A stretch of 64,000 nucleotides of DNA. Origin: an uncultured Bacteriovoracaceae bacterium (lineage in GTDB: Bacteria; Bdellovibrionota; UBA1018). Both the position numbers and the translations under genes were made by a program. The stretch lies in NCBI GenBank assembly GCA_964363305.1, contig CAYIHX010000015.1, positions 1,173 to 65,172 on the forward strand, written 5' to 3'. Position 1 is the first letter of the stretch. Each line of letters begins with the position of its first letter. The notes beneath the pieces were generated by a model, which was not told where the DNA came from, made no database searches, and worked only from the letters and a program-made list of their open reading frames with translations. Of the stretch, positions 62,235-64,000 are shown one piece after another.

Positions 62235-63071
62235 ATGCAAAGATATGCGGCTTTGATTGCTTTCGAGGGCACTTCATTCTGTGGTTGGCAGAAGCAGAAA
62301 ATCGAGGGAGGCGGCCCGAAGGCTGAGCGGAGTATTCAGCTCACGATCGAGAAGGCCTTGAGTCGCATGACTGGGGAAAAGGTCAAAGTGGTGGGTAGCG
62401 GACGCACGGACGCGGGTGTGCATGCGACCGGCTTGGTTTGTCATTTCTCTATCGAGACTAAGGACTGGAATCCGGACGTGTTGCATCGGGGGATGAATGC
62501 GCTGTTGCGGCCGGCGATTCGAGTTTTAGGGGTTCAGCGGGCCTCGATTGATTTTCATGCGCAGCGGAGCGCGGTAAAAAAGCAGTACTCGTACTACTTT
62601 CAGCAGGGTCCCTGCCCCCTCCCTCATCTCGAACCGTATAGTTGGTGGATTCGAAAGCGGTTGGATCTTGCGGCCATGAGGCAGGGCCTTGCTCACTTGA
62701 AGGGACGGCATGACTTCAAGCCATTTCAGGCAGCTGGATCTTCAGTAACGACGACGGTCCGAGAGATTCTCGAGGCCGAACTTTGCATGGAAAAAATAGC
62801 GTTTCCAGCTTTACCGACCTTGGGAACGTTTGCGCACTCTGGCTCCATGAACGAGTTTTTTTTGGTTCGGATTCGTTTGGTCGGCACGGGCTTTCTGAAG
62901 CAAATGGTGCGGAGCATTTCAGGTACTTTGCTTGAAATCGGGGAGGGGCGCCGGCACCCGGATTCAACGGCCGACATTCTCTTGAGGCAGGAGCGTAAGG
63001 CCGTTGGGGTGACGGCCCCAGGTCGCGCTCTCTGGCTGGAGGAGGTAATGTATACCGGACTAAATTGGTAA
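62235..63071 (+). CDS. truA: tRNA pseudouridine(38-40) synthase
   Basis: YAALIAFEGTSFCGWQKQ...GSGRTDAGVHATGLV (catalytic Asp). Confidence 0.85.
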   Translation: MQRYAALIAFEGTSFCGWQKQKIEGGGPKAERSIQLTIEKALSRMTGEKVKVVGSGRTDAGVHATGLVCHFSIETKDWNPDVLHRGMNALLRPAIRVLGVQRASIDFHAQRSAVKKQYSYYFQQGPCPLPHLEPYSWWIRKRLDLAAMRQGLAHLKGRHDFKPFQAAGSSVTTTVREILEAELCMEKIAFPALPTLGTFAHSGSMNEFFLVRIRLVGTGFLKQMVRSISGTLLEIGEGRRHPDSTADILLRQERKAVGVTAPGRALWLEEVMYTGLNW

Positions 63072-63110
63072 TTTGATTTAGGGCGCTGGATCGCATAGTT
63101 CTGACCCCCT

Positions 63111-64000
63111 ATGGAATTACAGGTTCAGGTAGAAAAAACGTCGAACGTACATCGTAAGCTGATGATTCGGGTGCCCGCGCAGACGGTTGCACGCCGCTTT
63201 GAGCAGAGTCTTCAGGAGCTTTCACGCACCGTAAAACTCAAGGGGTTTCGTCCGGGGCATGTTCCCCTGCAGGTCGTTAAGCAATACTACGGGGAAGACG
63301 TACGACATCGCCTCTTTCACAACCTGATCGATGAGAGTTTTCAGCAGGCGCTTCGTTCTGAGAAAATTCGGGCAGTGGGTCGGCCACAAATTGAGACGCC
63401 GGAACATCAGACGGGCAAGGGTGAGCATGATCACGCATTAAGCGAAACTCAGGATTTGAGTTTTACGGCAACGGTTGAAATTCTTCCCGAGATTGAAATC
63501 AAGGGCTACACGGGCCTTTCCGTGTCGCGCGGTAAAGCGGATGTGACCGATGAGGACATGAAGAAGGTCATCGATGGCTTGCGTGACGCTCAAGCGGAGC
63601 TGCGGCCTGTCGAGGAGGCGCGCGCCGTGAAAATGGGCGATCATGTTGATCTAAAATTCAAGGGCGGCATCGTCACTCCTGCTGGAATCGAAGAAAAGGA
63701 AGGAATGAGCGGCGCCCGCGTTCTCGAGGTGGGTTCCAACAGCTTGATTCCAGGCTTCGAAGAGGAGCTGGTTGGAATGAAGGCGGGGGAAACGAAAACT
63801 TTTCGAATCCACTTTCCGAAGGAATACCACGCGGAATTTGCGGAGAAGGAAGCGGAATTCACCGTGACGACCGAGTCGCTGAAGGAAAAAGTAGTGCCCG
63901 AGCTGAACGACGATCTCGCCAAGAACCTCGGGTATGAGGGTTTGGAAGATATGCGTTCGAAAGCGCGCGAGCATCTGGTGGTCGAACGCGCTCAGGAAGT
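63111..64000 (+). CDS. tig: Trigger factor (partial; C-terminus beyond the window)
   Basis: MELQVQVEKTSNVHRKLMIRVPA...FRPGHVPLQVVKQYYG; PPIase region GDHVDLKFKG; no stop before the window end. Confidence 0.85.
   Translation, partial: MELQVQVEKTSNVHRKLMIRVPAQTVARRFEQSLQELSRTVKLKGFRPGHVPLQVVKQYYGEDVRHRLFHNLIDESFQQALRSEKIRAVGRPQIETPEHQTGKGEHDHALSETQDLSFTATVEILPEIEIKGYTGLSVSRGKADVTDEDMKKVIDGLRDAQAELRPVEEARAVKMGDHVDLKFKGGIVTPAGIEEKEGMSGARVLEVGSNSLIPGFEEELVGMKAGETKTFRIHFPKEYHAEFAEKEAEFTVTTESLKEKVVPELNDDLAKNLGYEGLEDMRSKAREHLVVERAQE

Overview
This is a high-GC (~58-60%) bacterial chromosomal window whose gene order and content suggest a delta-proteobacterial / Bdellovibrio-like lineage.

Core backbone. 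Recognisable housekeeping genes include leuS (partial, running off the 5' edge), rsgA, an acyl-CoA dehydrogenase, an rsmB-like methyltransferase, pyrD, proS, pyrF, and a trmH-family methyltransferase. The classic tRNA-Thr/Tyr/Gly/Thr-tuf-tRNA-Trp-secE-nusG-rplK-rplA-rplJ-rplL-rpoB-rpoC block is intact. Further on are rpsB-tsf-frr-uppS-cdsA-rseP-tsaB-pssA-asd, and truA-tig at the 3' edge.

Accessory material interrupts this backbone in several places:
- 2.4-5.0 kb: a small AT-rich islet. It carries an AbiEi/AbiEii-like pair (winged-helix regulator plus a compact nucleotidyltransferase) with two tandem inverted repeats at its promoter, followed by a truncated PIN/VapC remnant.
- 10.5 kb: a 23-codon lysine-rich micro-ORF with a strong ribosome-binding site and an intrinsic terminator, directly downstream of a large FecR-domain/FN3 protein.
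- 12.9-22.9 kb: a block of seven two-component genes. One response regulator carries a GGDEF domain whose active site is degenerate (GADEY) while the I-site is intact.
- 41.5-51.5 kb: a segment between rpoC and rpsB that begins at a tRNA. It contains a stand-alone LexA-like DNA-binding protein, a histidine kinase/OmpR pair, a compact YcaO / haem-oxygenase-like diiron oxidase / GNAT operon, secreted proteins, TPM proteins and a TonB-dependent receptor.
- 59.8-62.2 kb: a secreted protein with a conserved CFVATAAFGS...LRRFRD C-terminal module, adjacent to a beta-barrel outer-membrane protein.

The YcaO-HDO-GNAT operon is the best candidate for an undescribed system. No CRISPR array, IS element or integrase was seen. 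Many ORF-track entries are antisense or shadow ORFs inside real genes and were rejected.
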